Source: Octopus vulgaris
Taxonomy: Eukaryota
Length of the DNA: 64,000 nucleotides
Reading direction: 5' to 3'
Assembly (NCBI GenBank): GCA_951406725.2
Contig: OX597821.1
Location: 93,186,001-93,250,000, forward strand
Part shown: positions 29,272-42,057 of the stretch, in pieces
How the letters are laid out: every line of letters begins with the position of its first letter
Position numbering within the stretch: position 1 is the stretch's first letter
Translations under genes and position numbers: made by a program
The notes under the pieces: generated by a model
Seen by the model: only the letters and a program-made list of their open reading frames with translations
What the model was told of the DNA's origin: nothing
Databases searched by the model: none

Positions 29272-29745
29272 TGTAAAAAAATACAAACTGGGACAAGAAC
29301 GCAAAACATTTAGAAGACGATACAAAAAACACGGATGGGACATTCGAAGCCTTCAATCTTCAGTCAAGAACCGGATCATCCTCGCAATTTCGGCTGATTA
29401 ATCCTGAGATTGCTCCGATCTGGCCAGCCCCAAGGAAAATCTAACCCAAGCGCCTTAGATTCCTTGGAAGAAAGCCTCGAATGTATACAAAACAAAGACG
29501 GAAAAATGGACGATGTTACACGAATATGAATACCAAAATACGTAAAAACAATAATAATAATAATACGTAAAAACAATATATATATAATCCTTGCAATTTC
29601 AGCTATTTAATCTTGAGATTGCTCCAATCTGGCCAGCCCCAAGGAAAAACTAAGCTGGAAAAAGGATCGAATGTATACAAAACAAAGACAGAAAACCGGA
29701 CGATGTTACACGAATATAAATACAAAAGGCAAAAAATAATACACA
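29272..29745. mobile_element. Short structured repeat element (29272-29575) plus partial tandem copy (29587-29745)
   Basis: gagattgctcc(g/a)atctggccagccccaaggaaaa and tcgaatgtatacaaaacaaagac are duplicated; the element is flanked by (TA)n. Confidence 0.6.
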
Positions 29746-30868
29746 ATGGCCTTCCAAATCCACTCACAAGGTTTTGGCTAGCCTGGGGCTACAGTAGAAA
29801 ACACCTACCCATATTGTCACACAGTGGGACAGAACCCAGATCCATGTGGTTGGGAAACAAGCTTCTCACCTCATAGCCATGCCTGTATACACACCCTTCA
29901 TCCCATTCACTTCAATCATCTTGTAATCTCTCTGTATCACAAGCACCCACCCATTTCTTAGCTCCTCACCACCACTATTAATTGATATTCAGAAATAATG
30001 ACAGATCAGCTTCCACTGTGGCCATTTCCATGGTCTCCCCTACTCTTCATTATGAGGCCTGTGTATTAAAGACTGCATTGGATCATCTATATCAGGAGTC
30101 ACCAAACTTTTTCACAGCGGTCAAGATAACTGAGGGAATGATGAGCTCAGGATGCTTTTCCGTCTACCAAATCCACTCACAAGGCTTTGGTTGGCCCGAG
30201 GCTATAGTAGAAGATACTTGCCCAAGGTCCCATGCAGTGATACTGAACCCAGAACCATGTGGTTGGTAAGCAAGCTACTTACCACACAGCCACTCTTACG
30301 CCTGTATATATAGTTTGTATATTAAACTTTAAAATATATAGTATCTACCAAGAAATCTGAAGTATGACAACAATCAAACGATGTAGAAAGAAGAAATTTA
30401 AAAGAAAATATATGCCATCACACACGCACACAATAAAAAAAAATAATTTTCTTACATTTTCATCGAAAAGAAAATTTTCAGTATTTTTTTTTTTTTTTAA
30501 TAACTTCTGTCTTTCACCATTCTGTTAGGAACAAAGTAAAAACTTGATTTTTCAAAATATACATGAATAGAATTAAATTAGAATGAATATATGAATGAGG
30601 GCAATGAAAGAAAAATAGGTAGAGATGAAAACAAAACAAAAAAATTTCACTGAAATAAAATTTTGTTCACGTATATGTATAGATATCTGTGTGGACATAC
30701 ATTACACATAGTGACATATCTATGTATGTGCCTATATAAGGTAATGTATATACCAAAATATTTATATGCGTGTGTGTGTGTTTATATTATATATATATAT
30801 ATATGTATGAATATATATAAATATATATATATATATATAAACATTTCATTCTTTCTCTCTCTCTCTCT

Positions 30869-30908
<40 letters not shown>

Positions 30909-30959
30909 CCACACACACATACATATGTTCATGCATAAGCACATATAATATACAGGCAT

Positions 30960-30991
<32 letters not shown>

Positions 30992-31018
30992 GTATATATA
31001 AATTTATATAGTATATAA

Positions 31019-31188
31019 ATATGTATATGAATATAAATATAAATGTGTGTGTATATATATATATATATTAATAAATTTTAGGGTAGCAAAAAATTCTAGA
31101 AAAATATGTATATGAATATAAATATAAATGTGTGTGTATATATATATATATATTAATAAATTTTAGGGTAGCAAAAAATTCTAGAAAA
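31019..31188. repeat. 85-bp tandem duplication
   Basis: atatgtatatgaatataaat...gcaaaaaattctagaaaa occurs twice. Confidence 0.9.
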
Positions 31189-31374
31189 ATTCTCCGCTAC
31201 CAGCGGTCAAGTGAGAAAGAAAAGATAGTCAATAGACTATATAATATACATTCAAATATATAAGGAATGGCCATAATAGGACATTCGACTCACTAGAAAG
31301 AGCAGCCAAACTCCAAACCACTAATAGTTGTAATTCTGAAATGGAAAGAGAAATAAAAACGTTTACCCTCTCCT

Positions 31375-31462
31375 TTCTGGACTATGCATAGTTTCGGCAA
31401 TCTTTAGTAAATAAATTAATTAAATTAAATTTATTTACAACTGGCGTGCCTCTTCAGCAGAA
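31375..31462 (-). ncRNA. Type I hammerhead ribozyme motif, canonical core
   Basis: Minus strand: ttctg-CTGAAGA-ggca-[AT-rich hairpin gtaaataaatt/aatttatttac]-tgcc-GAAA-ctat-gc-atag-TC-cagaa. Stems I, II and III all pair; GUC cleavage triplet. Confidence 0.85.
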
Positions 31463-31565
31463 CACAATTCTCCGTTGAATGGAAACATGAAACTCTGAGT
31501 AACAGTTTATTGTGATGTTTTTACAGCTTTAATAAAAAGTATATATATATATATATATATATACT

Positions 31566-32014
31566 TGCCTGTTGAGGCAAGTGAAATCGAAATTGAATCA
31601 AATTCGATGACTGGCACCTGTGCCAGTGGAGCACTAAGAGCACCATCCAAGCATGATCTTGCCAGAGCAGCTGACCGGCTTCCGTGCCGGTGGCATGTAA
31701 AAATGCCAGTGGCACGTGAAAAGACATTTGAGCGAGGTCGTTGCCAGCCACTGGATTGGTTCCTGTGCAAGTGGTACATAAAAAACACCATTTGAGCATG
31801 GCAGTTGCCAGTACTGCCTGACTGGCCCTCATGCCGGTGGCACGTAAAAGCACCCAGTACACTCTCGGAGTGGTTGGCGTTAGGAAGGGCATCCAGCTGT
31901 AGAAACTCTGCCAGATAAGATTGGAGCCTGGTGCAGCCATCTGGTTCACCAGTCCTCAGTCAAATCGTCCAACCCATGCTAGCATGGAAAGCGGATGTTA
32001 AACGATGATGATGA
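31566..32014 (+). mobile_element. SINE-like family C with (GAT)n tail
   Basis: Internal repeats gtgccggtggcacgtaaaa; ggttggcgttaggaagggcatccagctgtagaaac; related copies at 32448-32630(-), ~44985-45200, 45745-46068, ~48925-49140, ~57835-58045(-). Confidence 0.8.
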
Positions 32015-32387
32015 TTCTATAATCATATGCGATGTCGCTTGATCACGTGCATATTGAATTTTAACACTCGTAAATTTATTTCTAGAATATTACGCTGAAG
32101 AAAACAATAGGTAATTATGCTTTACTCTAAGTTCGAAATGTGTCCGTAATTGACCATGGTCTTGTTGATTCATCATTTTACCTTTGCATTATTGTCTTGG
32201 AGATTTTATGGTAGTAGAAAAGACATTAGCATTTATTTCTAATTCAGCACGTGGCGAGGCACTTAGCTGACCCCTTATTATAATTATGTATATAATTATA
32301 GAATATTTTGTATAATTTACCTAAAAGCTTTTTTTTTTACATATTGACTACTTGGTAAAATTATTTCCAATTTTACCCTATATTATC

Positions 32388-32447
<60 letters not shown>

Positions 32448-32450
<3 letters not shown>

Positions 32451-32630
32451 TCATCATCATCATCACCATCATCATCATTTAACGTCCGCTTTCCATGCTG
32501 GCATGGATTGGACGGTTCAACTGGGTTCTGGGAAGCCAGAAGGCTGCACCAGGCCCAGTCTGATCTGGCAGTGTTTCTACAGCTGGATGCCCTTCCTAAC
32601 GCCAACCACTCCATGAGTGTATTGGGAGCT
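32448..32630 (-). mobile_element. Family C 3' fragment, inverted relative to 31566-32014
   Basis: tttaacgtccgctttccatgctggcatgg...cagctggatgcccttcctaacgccaaccactcc. Confidence 0.85.
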
Positions 32631-33371
32631 TTTATATATATATATACACACAGACATATATAAACACATAAACACACACACACATATATATATATGTATA
32701 TAAGTATGTGAGTTTCTGTGCATGGTTGTATGTATGTTTGTGACTCCTTGACATTGTGACTCTTTGACATTGTGCTATAGTCGTAAACAAAAGCCAGTTG
32801 ATAAGTGTCATGCAAGTGATGTCCTTTTTTTTAACCAGTCTTCCGTGAAAACATGCCCAGTCTGAGAAATATTCCTTAGAAACAGGCAAGGGTTGACAAT
32901 GTCGGAGGTATCTATCTGACTATCTAAAAAATCTGCTCCAATGAATTCTGCCAGATCTATGAAAACATGCAAAAACGGACATCAGAACAACAATGACCAC
33001 TACTACCATCACCACCACCACCACCACCACCACCACCGCCACCGCCGCCGCCTCCACCACCACCGCCACCACCGCCGCCGACGACGACGACCTTGAAATG
33101 ACAATGACAACGATGATGGCAATGGTGACAGCAACAGTGACAGCAACAACGACGATGATATCACTGATAGTGAAGGTCTGTATTATAATGAAAGAATAAA
33201 TAAATTTAAGGTATACTAGCCATCTCAATATGGCTAACCACTAAGGATGGGTGTTACTGTAGCTTGTAGCCCCCGGAGAACATCGTCTCCAGCTGGCTTT
33301 GGGCACACTTTCTGTGCCCTTATGGTATTTGCAAAGGGAGGTCATCCCTCCCTCGTCAACCTAAGTGATAC

Positions 33372-33414
33372 GCACGGACTGCAGTTTCTAGGTATTTGCC
33401 TGTCTTCAGCATGC
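33372..33414 (-). ncRNA. Type I hammerhead ribozyme motif at the 5' end of a structured ~220-nt element (33205-33430)
   Basis: Minus strand: gcatg-CTGAAGA-c-agg-caaata-cct-a-GAAA-ctgcag-TC-cgtgc. Palindromic stem III; C.A mismatch at the base of stem II. Confidence 0.75.
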
Positions 33415-33793
33415 GGCAATCACCAGTTTTCGATGAAGGGAGTCCCAATGCAAATCCTTATTTCGTTTTTCCAGTAACTTTTCTTCACTGATCTCGAAAA
33501 ACTGTATGCAAGCAATAATAAAATCTCTTGCATACCAGATATATACCAGGACTGATTCAATTGATTTTTTTCTCATTTTTTCTCTCTCACACCCACTCTC
33601 TCTTTTCCCCTTTCCTTTCTCTTAATTTATCTGTCTCTGCATCTTTCTCTTGATTTTATGCTTACTTAAAAATTGATTAACTATATAAGCATCTCTAGAT
33701 TTATATAAATCTATACATTTATACGATAATCAATTTTGATGTAAGTATAATATCAAGTGATTAATAAATGGATACATATATATGTTTATATAC

Positions 33794-33794
<1 letters not shown>

Positions 33795-33833
<39 letters not shown>

Positions 33834-33876
33834 GAGAGAGATGAGAGATACATTGGTAGATTGATGAGTAGGTTAG

Positions 33877-33915
<39 letters not shown>

Positions 33916-34013
33916 GTAGGTAGGTAGGTAGGTAGGTACATACGTACGTAGGTTGGTAGATAGATAGATGGATAGGTAGGTAGGTAGGTTTGTAGATATA
34001 TAGGTAGGTTGGT

Positions 34014-34076
<63 letters not shown>

Positions 34077-34113
34077 TAGGTAGGTAGATAGATAAATAGA
34101 TAGGTAGGGAGGG

Positions 34114-34193
<80 letters not shown>

Positions 34194-34275
34194 TGATAGA
34201 CAGACAGATAGGCAGACAGACAGACAGACAGACAGACAGGTAGGTAGGTAGGTAGGTAGGTAAGGAGGGAGTTAT

Positions 34276-34327
<52 letters not shown>

Positions 34328-34370
34328 GTACGTAGGTAGGTAGATAGGGAGGGAGGACGGGGGAGGGAGG

Positions 34371-34407
<37 letters not shown>
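33795..34407. repeat. (GA)n plus compound (GATA/GGTA/GACA)n
   Basis: Directly visible. Confidence 0.95.
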
Positions 34408-34409
<2 letters not shown>

Positions 34410-34968
34410 AGTAATTCATTCACTCATTTATTTACTCGAGCTACTCCACTCAGCATCTTCTATTCCATGCTAGCCTTTGTTTCAACAGATTTGCCCTTAA
34501 AGTAATGCCTAAGTATTAAATTCAAAGTTGTACAACGTTCAGTCTATTCTAAACACTTCGTTTTGAAAGCATTGTTATTCACTCATACCTCTTGTTTTCG
34601 GTTTACAAATTCTTCTTAAACATTCAACTGTCCACCTTCATACTGCAGTTTTATTTGACCAGATCTGACCAGAGTTACTAAATGACATTTGTATATCCAG
34701 ATAAACTTGATAGTCAAAGCAGATAATAGGTGCTCTCATTGCCTAATAGCTCTCTTCACAAACCAACCACTGTGTGAAGGAGCATACCAAATAAACGAAA
34801 TAATATAAAATCTCATTTCATAACAGAGCATTCCCTTAGAAAAGCACTGTGATAATTATTTATTCAAATACTCTATTATGTTAGATCTTCCTACTATGAG
34901 ATCGTGTCCATTAACAACAGGCACGAAATATAACAGTGAAATTTTCTTATTCATTCTGCCTCTGTATC

Positions 34969-34969
34969 T

Positions 34970-35003
<34 letters not shown>

Positions 35004-35004
35004 C

Positions 35005-35061
<57 letters not shown>

Positions 35062-35077
35062 TGTTGTTGTTGTTGTT

Positions 35078-35124
<47 letters not shown>

Positions 35125-35188
35125 TGTGGTGGTAGTAGTGGTAATAGTAGTAGTAGTAGTAGCAGTAGCAGTAGTAGTGGTGGGGGTG

Positions 35189-35220
<32 letters not shown>

Positions 35221-35370
35221 GGTGGTGGTGGTGGTGGTGGTGGTGGTAGTAGTAGTAGTAGTGGTGGTGGTGGTGGTGGTGGTGGTGGTGGTGGTGGTAG
35301 TGGTAAAAGTAGTAGTAGTAGTAGCAGTAGTAGTGGTGGGGGTGGGGTGGTAGTAGTAGTAGTAGTAGTG
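34969..35370. repeat. Compound triplet repeat (CAG)(TAG)(TTG)(TGG)
   Basis: Directly visible. Confidence 0.95.
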
Positions 35371-35600
35371 ATTTTTTTTCTTGCTTTCTGTTACCCATCC
35401 ACCAAGAAAACAAACAGAAAAGTCTATGTCCACAGGAGTCAAACTCCTAGCATAAAGGAATACATGTGAACAGTATTTTGTTTGGCTCTTTCTTAATTAT
35501 ATCATCCTACCACTTAAAATAGCAAGGACATTTTGTCGAACACTTTGATAATTCTACTATTCCAAAACCCCCGAAAGTTCTTTCTATTATATGTATAAGT

Positions 35601-36157
35601 AAGGTGGTGAGACGTCTTTACATTCTGAGTTCAGATTCCACCGAGGTTGACTTTGCCTTTCATCCTTTCAGGGTCAATGAAATAAATACCAGTTGAACAC
35701 TGGGGTCGATGCCATCGACGAGCCCCCTCTCCCAAAATTTCAGGCCTTGAGCCTATAGCAGAAAAGGTTTTAGGTATAAGGTATGAAGGTGGTGAGACGT
35801 CTTTACATTCTGAGTTCAGATTCCGCTCAGGTTGACATTGCCTTTCATTCTTTCAGGGTCAATGAAATAAATACCAGTTGAGCACTGGGGTCGATGTCAT
35901 CGACGAGCCCCCTCTCCCAAAATTTCGGGCCTTGAGCCTATAGCAGAAAAGGTTTTAGGTATAAGGTCTGAAGGTGGTGACCAGTCCTTACATTCTGAGT
36001 TCAGATTCCGCTCAGGTTGACTTTGCCTTTCATCCTTTCAGGGTCAATGAAATAAATACCAGTTGAGCACTGGGGTCGATGCCATCGACAGGCCCCCTCT
36101 CCCAAAATTTCAGGCCTTAAGCCTATAGCAGAAAAGGTTATAGGTATAAGGTCTGAA
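35601..36157 (+). repeat. Tandem triplication of a 185-bp SINE B-derived unit
   Basis: Units start aaggtggtga at 35601, 35786 and 35971. Confidence 0.92.
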
Positions 36158-36351
36158 ATTTGGTCAGGAAGGGTTTAGTTAATTACGTTGTTCCCAATGT
36201 TCAATTTTTACTTATTTTATCGACCCTGAATGGATGAAAGACTATATCAACCTTAGTAGTATTTGAACTCAGAATTTTAAGTCATGAGAAATTCTGCAAA
36301 TCATTTTATCCATCATGGTATCAATTTAGCCAACTTGCTGTTTTCAAAATA

Positions 36352-36583
36352 TTAACCCTTTCGTTACCGTATTTATCTTGAGATGCTCTGTTTTATTCAA
36401 TTAATTTTAAATAGAACAAAGAATTTAGTAAAATAACTTAGTTAGCATTAAGCTAGTGTCAGGAACATAAATTGTGACTAAGGTCTGGTGGAAGATTTTG
36501 ATTCAAACGGTCCCCATGAAAACAAGACATTTGTACTACAGAGCCAGAGGCAGTTTCAGCTGAGTCGGTATCGAAGGGATTAA
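36352..36583. mobile_element. piggyBac-type MITE
   Basis: TTAA-CCCTTTCGTTACC ... GGTATCGAAGGG(A)-TTAA. Confidence 0.75.
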
Positions 36584-36597
36584 TATGAATAGCAATG

Positions 36598-37032
36598 ATT
36601 TCAAATTTTGGCACAAAGCTGGCAATTTGGGGGGGGGGGGGGTAAGTTGGTTAAATCAACCACAATACTCAACTGGTACTTATTTTATTGATCCCGAAAC
36701 GATGAAAGGCAAAGTTGGCCTCTGTGGAATTTTAACTCAGTAAATGAAGACAGACAAAATAATGCTAAACATTTTGCCCAGTGTGTTAACAATTCTGCCT
36801 GTTCACCATCTTAATGATAATACTAATACCTTCTACTTCAGGCACAAGGCCTGAAATTTGAGGGGAAGAGGCTAGTCAATTACATCAACTCCAGTACATA
36901 ACTGGTACTTATTTCATCAACCTCAAAAGAATAAAAGGCAACACCTACCTCAGTGGAATTTGAACTCAGAAAGTAGAGACTGACAAAATGCTACTAGGAA
37001 CTTCCTTTGCTCAGTGTGCTAACAGTTCTGCT
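36598..37032 (-). mobile_element. Two old SINE B-related copies
   Basis: actggtacttattttattgatcccgaaacgatgaaaggcaaag; actggtacttatttcatcaacctcaaaagaataaaaggc. Confidence 0.65.
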
Positions 37033-37484
37033 AATATTAACAACTGCTATGATTAGCATTAAATGAAAATGCTGATATTCTGAAGGCAAAATGTATATAT
37101 TATATCTAATATTTAAATGCATGATGTATGCTGCATTTGATAGTGGGAATTGTTGGAACAGGTTTTATTTTACCTTTTGAAAACATTAGCAAAATTTTAT
37201 AGCAAAACGTACAATGGGTCTAATACAAATTTACTGTCTTTACTTGATTAGTCTGCAGGAAGCAAAATAATGCTGAATATAATGTAGAAGCAATCAGAAT
37301 AACATGGAATAAATTGGTGATATTATCTCAATGACATTGAATGAAATGAAAGAGGAATCAAAATAAAAAAGAAGAGCAAATTGAGTGACCACAAGCACAT
37401 AATTCTTACTGGAATGGCCATGGATCTCTAGGTAGCACATTTTTAGTTCTGCAAACCTTATTCACTTGGTTGTGAGTCTATATT

Positions 37485-37648
37485 GAGGGGGTGCTGAAAA
37501 GTTCCTGGCTTTGGGTAAAAGAAAATACAGGAGAATCAATTAATTATGATTTTATTCAACATATTCCACTCTCAGATTCCCACACTTATTTCAACAGTTC
37601 TTCATATTTTTCTAAGCCCTGTAAATGAACTTGGAAGGCATTCCTGCA

Positions 37649-37650
<2 letters not shown>
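37485..37650. mobile_element. Mariner-type MITE, left part
   Basis: gagggggtgctgaaaagttcctggctttgggtaaaagaaaatacaggagaatc, as at 21585 and 53782. Confidence 0.75.
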
Positions 37651-37688
<38 letters not shown>

Positions 37689-37924
37689 TACACGAGTATG
37701 TGTGTGTATTGTCTTCCATCATTGCTTGACAACTGATGTTGGTATGTTAGCATCTCTGTAGCTTTGTGGTTCAGTAAAGGAGACCAATAGAATAAACATC
37801 AGACTTAAACCGATTACTCAAAAAATGCAACATTCTGATAGTAATCCAAGCAAACTCAATCTGATGATGATGATGATGATGACAATGATGATGATGATGG
37901 TGATGACAACAACAATGATGTTCT

Positions 37925-38060
37925 ATATTTAAGAGATGAGGAATTATGTAAACTATTTACATTGTTTACATTTGACGGATATTTGTTCTCATCTTTGTGG
38001 TTAACATGTTTTGGCTGATATTACCCTCCAGCCTTCTTCAGGTGTCTTGGGGAAATTTCA
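37925..38060 (-). mobile_element. Penelope pLTR-like fragment with decayed hammerhead motif (38001-38046)
   Basis: Minus strand: cac-CTGAAGA-a-ggctg-gagggtaatat-cagcc-AAAA-catg-TT. Stem II is intact; G12 is mutated. Confidence 0.5.
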
Positions 38061-38071
38061 TTTTTTCTATG

Positions 38072-38120
<49 letters not shown>

Positions 38121-38159
38121 CTTTTTTTCTTTTTTTTTATTATTATTATTATTTTTATT

Positions 38160-38339
38160 CACCTCCCCCAGTGGGACGAAGTTAAAATAATAGATAGAGA
38201 ACACCACTGGAAAATATGTAAATTAAAAGAAGAAGCACATATGCTAGGACACAACAACCTCCTAAGCAGACCGAGTGCAGAAATGAGTAGCACATGGGGA
38301 CCGTTATTAAGGAAGGATTGGAGAATATTAGATTTATAA
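38160..38339 (+). pseudogene. Penelope-like element, C-terminal (post GIY-YIG) fragment
   Basis: HLPQWDEVKIIDREHHWKICKLKEEAHMLGHNNLLSRPSAEMSSTWGPLL..*, fitting the H...W...KI(I/L)D.E..W..R..KEA pattern of PLE C-termini. Confidence 0.65.
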
Positions 38340-39035
38340 GCCCTAAAATTCACTCCATAATTTCCCATGGGCATATGGCGAAGTGGTTAAGAGCACGGGG
38401 GAGAGGACGGGTGGAGGAATAAGAATGATAACAACGATGATGATGCTGAGGATGATGATGATGACTACAATCTGTAACAAGATTTGAACTGCATATCCTG
38501 TGGTCAAGCAGATCCTCATGACAAAGTTGGCCCCCAACAGTTCCCTTTCCTCATATTTTTATATTCAAATGCTTTACTACTTGGACGTAATATCAGGCTT
38601 GCCTATCTGATGGGGAATTTTTATTACTATTTACAGATTCCGATTCGTTTTACAAATGGAACATGTTATCAGCCAATTGAATAAACATTTATTTCATAAG
38701 TCATTTTTGGCTGTATTTACTGCCATTCCTATTAGCCACAGCATCAAGTAATCCAGAGCCAAACTGATGTTGTATGGATATTTTTACCATTATCGCAAGT
38801 TTAAATGAAATCAAATTCTATATTGGTGGCAGTGAAACTCTGATCTATTCATGTAACCCATTGTTTGGTTTACTGCAAATTCGGAACATAAACCTATGAT
38901 CTTCCCATGTAGCGTCTGTGTATTAGCAAATAAATTTTGGTTTCTTAAACCCGCCATCGTTCAAACTATGCTGGTATGTACATACGCACATAGCTGACTT
39001 TGTATAGAGATACATATGCATGCATGTATGTGTGC

Positions 39036-39089
<54 letters not shown>

Positions 39090-40336
39090 ATATATATCTG
39101 TATGTATATTGTCAAAACATTGTATGAGTGCTGGAAACTTTGTACAATAAATGTTATGCTAAATATTACCAAACAAAACGACTTGCATTTTTCAGAAAAT
39201 TGTCATTGTGCACAATGTTTGCAATTTGTATCTATGCATTTATGGTCGAGCTTTTTAGGATTTTGCATATGTGTGTGCGTGCATGTGTGTGTATGTGTGT
39301 GTGCGTGTGTATGCGGGCGTTTTTTTTTTAGCATGTATGAGCATATGGGACATACACACCATGGACTCATACACAGGCATACACATACTTGCGTACACAT
39401 ACATACACAAACACACGCATGCACTCACAACCACTTGCAAGTAAATCTTTCTCTGTGTGTATGTGTGTGTGTATTCCTTTACTCTTTTCTATGTTTCTGC
39501 CCTAAGGCTGTGGCCATATAACACACACATACACACATACATACATACATATTTATACATATATATATACATATATATATATATATTTATATGTGTGTAT
39601 ATACATATATATACATACATATATATACACACACACATATATATAAATATAAATATATATATATTTAAATATATGTGTATGTATATATATATATTTTATA
39701 TTTTATATATATATATACATATATATATACATATATATATACATATATACATACCTATATACTTATATACATATGCAAAGAGTTAAACATACATGTTTTA
39801 TCCACACACAAAATACTTAGGTTACTTTTGTGAACCCTGGAGATTATGAGGCTAGATTCTATTGCAATAAGAAAATTAACAATAACCTACCCCTTTAAAA
39901 TGGTATCCTTGCATAAGGCATATAACATTTTGAGATAAGCTAGGATTTAACAATAGTAAAATGAATCAAGTTATACAAAATTAAATATTCTACTCATAGA
40001 CAGAACTGGCAGCAAATTCAGGTTTGTGTATCTGAATGTCTTTATCCACTTATTTACATAGGTTTACATGAGTGTGCATATACATATATAGGCAGGTGTA
40101 TGAATAAATACATATGTAAATGCATATATATGTATATGTAATTGTGTGTGTGTGTATGTTGTGTATGTTTTTGTGTGTGTGAGCAAATATGTATATATAC
40201 ATATAGTATATGTCTGTGTGTCTATGTGTGCATGTGTAAATATATATAGCATCATCCATTTATACATTTTGTACAATTTCTCCATTATATATATATGCAT
40301 TTGTAGATAGATAAATAGATAGACAGATAGATAGAC

Positions 40337-40371
<35 letters not shown>

Positions 40372-40403
40372 TAGACACATACATACATAAATAGATAGAT
40401 AGG

Positions 40404-40469
<66 letters not shown>

Positions 40470-40585
40470 TATACATTATCTGTAGTCATTTATGCAAGTA
40501 AGCATACACATATGAAGATACACACACACTGGCATACATAGAAAAGCATACACATATAAATATATGTGTATGTGTGTATATGTTT

Positions 40586-40633
<48 letters not shown>

Positions 40634-41544
40634 AGGGTGAGAGAAATAGAGTGGATGAGAGAAAAATTGGAGACAGAAAAGAGAAATAGAGACCACAATG
40701 ACATATATCTATAAATATATTGACAACACACTTCACATACATACATAACATACAGACATACATACATACATACATATACATATATGCATGTGACCAAGTA
40801 TAGTAAATAGTCGATACTAATAATATTGACTGTTTATCACACTTGTCTGAGATAAACAAAATATTGATTCATTGATATTTATATATATGGAAAGAAAGAA
40901 CAAAGAAACTGTTATTTCTAAAAGTATAGAAGAAGTTTGTTTTGTTCTATTTGTTTGTTTTTTAGTTGTTGTTTTTTTTTGTTTTTGTTTTTTATTCTCA
41001 AGCGTTAAAAACTGAACACATGACAGTATTCCATACGTCTGATGTATTCAATGAGTTTAACTTTCCCACGAGCTTCATCAAGTCCTTTGCGCTTTTGTCA
41101 TTTTCCATTTCTAATGTCTATAAAGAGAGATGTATCGAGTCTGATGCTTTTTATATGCATCTCTGGGGTGATGCTGCATCCCAGAGGGGGAAAAAAAAAC
41201 CTATCTCTAAATGCCCCTGTCTGGCTAGCTGTAAACAAATACCACAGAATGTTATAGAGAAATGTTATAAATAACAAAGCACTCTTTGACTGATGAAATG
41301 TGCTGTTATCTTGTAGTATTATGTTCAAATCCTACCAAAGATAATAGGGATACCCCCAGTTGAATTTCTCATCCTATACATGCCATAGAACAGCTACCCA
41401 GTGATTTCTTTCACAATTATGGGAGCTATGTTACAACCACTACTGCTATTTGTACTACTACTAGTCTTACATCTGTATTTTTAATGATAATTAACTTATT
41501 CAGTGCTTGGGTGTACTATAACTCATCAGAAAAAGTTTAAAATT

Positions 41545-41968
41545 AGGCAGCGAGCTGGCAGAATCGTTAGCATGCCGGGCGAAATGCTTAGCGGCATTTC
41601 GTCTGCCGCTACGTTCTGAGTTCAAATTCTGCCGAGGTCGACTTTGCCTTTCATCCTTTTGGGGTCAATTAAAAAAAATAATAAGTACCAGTTACACACT
41701 GTGGTCGATATAATCGACTTAATCTGTTTGTCTGTCCTTGTTTCTCCTCTCTGTACTTAGCCCCTTGTGGGTCGTAAAGAAATAGGTATTTCGTCTGCCG
41801 TTACGTTCCGAATTCAAATTACGCTGAGGTCAATTTTGCCTGTCATCCTTCCTGGGTCAATAAATTAAGTACCAGTTATGCACTGGGGTCGATGTAATCG
41901 ACTCAATCCCTTTGTTTGTCCTTGTTTGTCCCCTCTATGTTTAGTCCTTTGTGGGCAATAAAGAAATA
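41545..41968 (+). mobile_element. SINE family B dimer
   Basis: Same architecture as 4529-4950. Confidence 0.88.
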
Positions 41969-42057
41969 ATAAGAAAAAGTAACAAAAACTGCATGAACAA
42001 TACATAGAATGTAGAATATGCACAGAAAGTTAAAAAAAGCAAAGAAAAAGTGAAGAC

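Larger units (their letters stand above)
28743..29978. repeat. Inverted duplication: arms ~28743-28980 and ~29743-29978
   Basis: gtgatacagagagattacaagatgattgaagtgaatgggatga vs tcatcccattcacttcaatcatcttgtaatctctctgtatcac, plus the adjoining old SINE head. Confidence 0.85.

Noticed and set aside
41037-41117. Possible minus-strand exon (TLEMENDKSAKDLMKLVGKLNSLNTSD) with AG/GT borders
   Set aside because: No recognisable homology or partner exons; needs RNA-seq.
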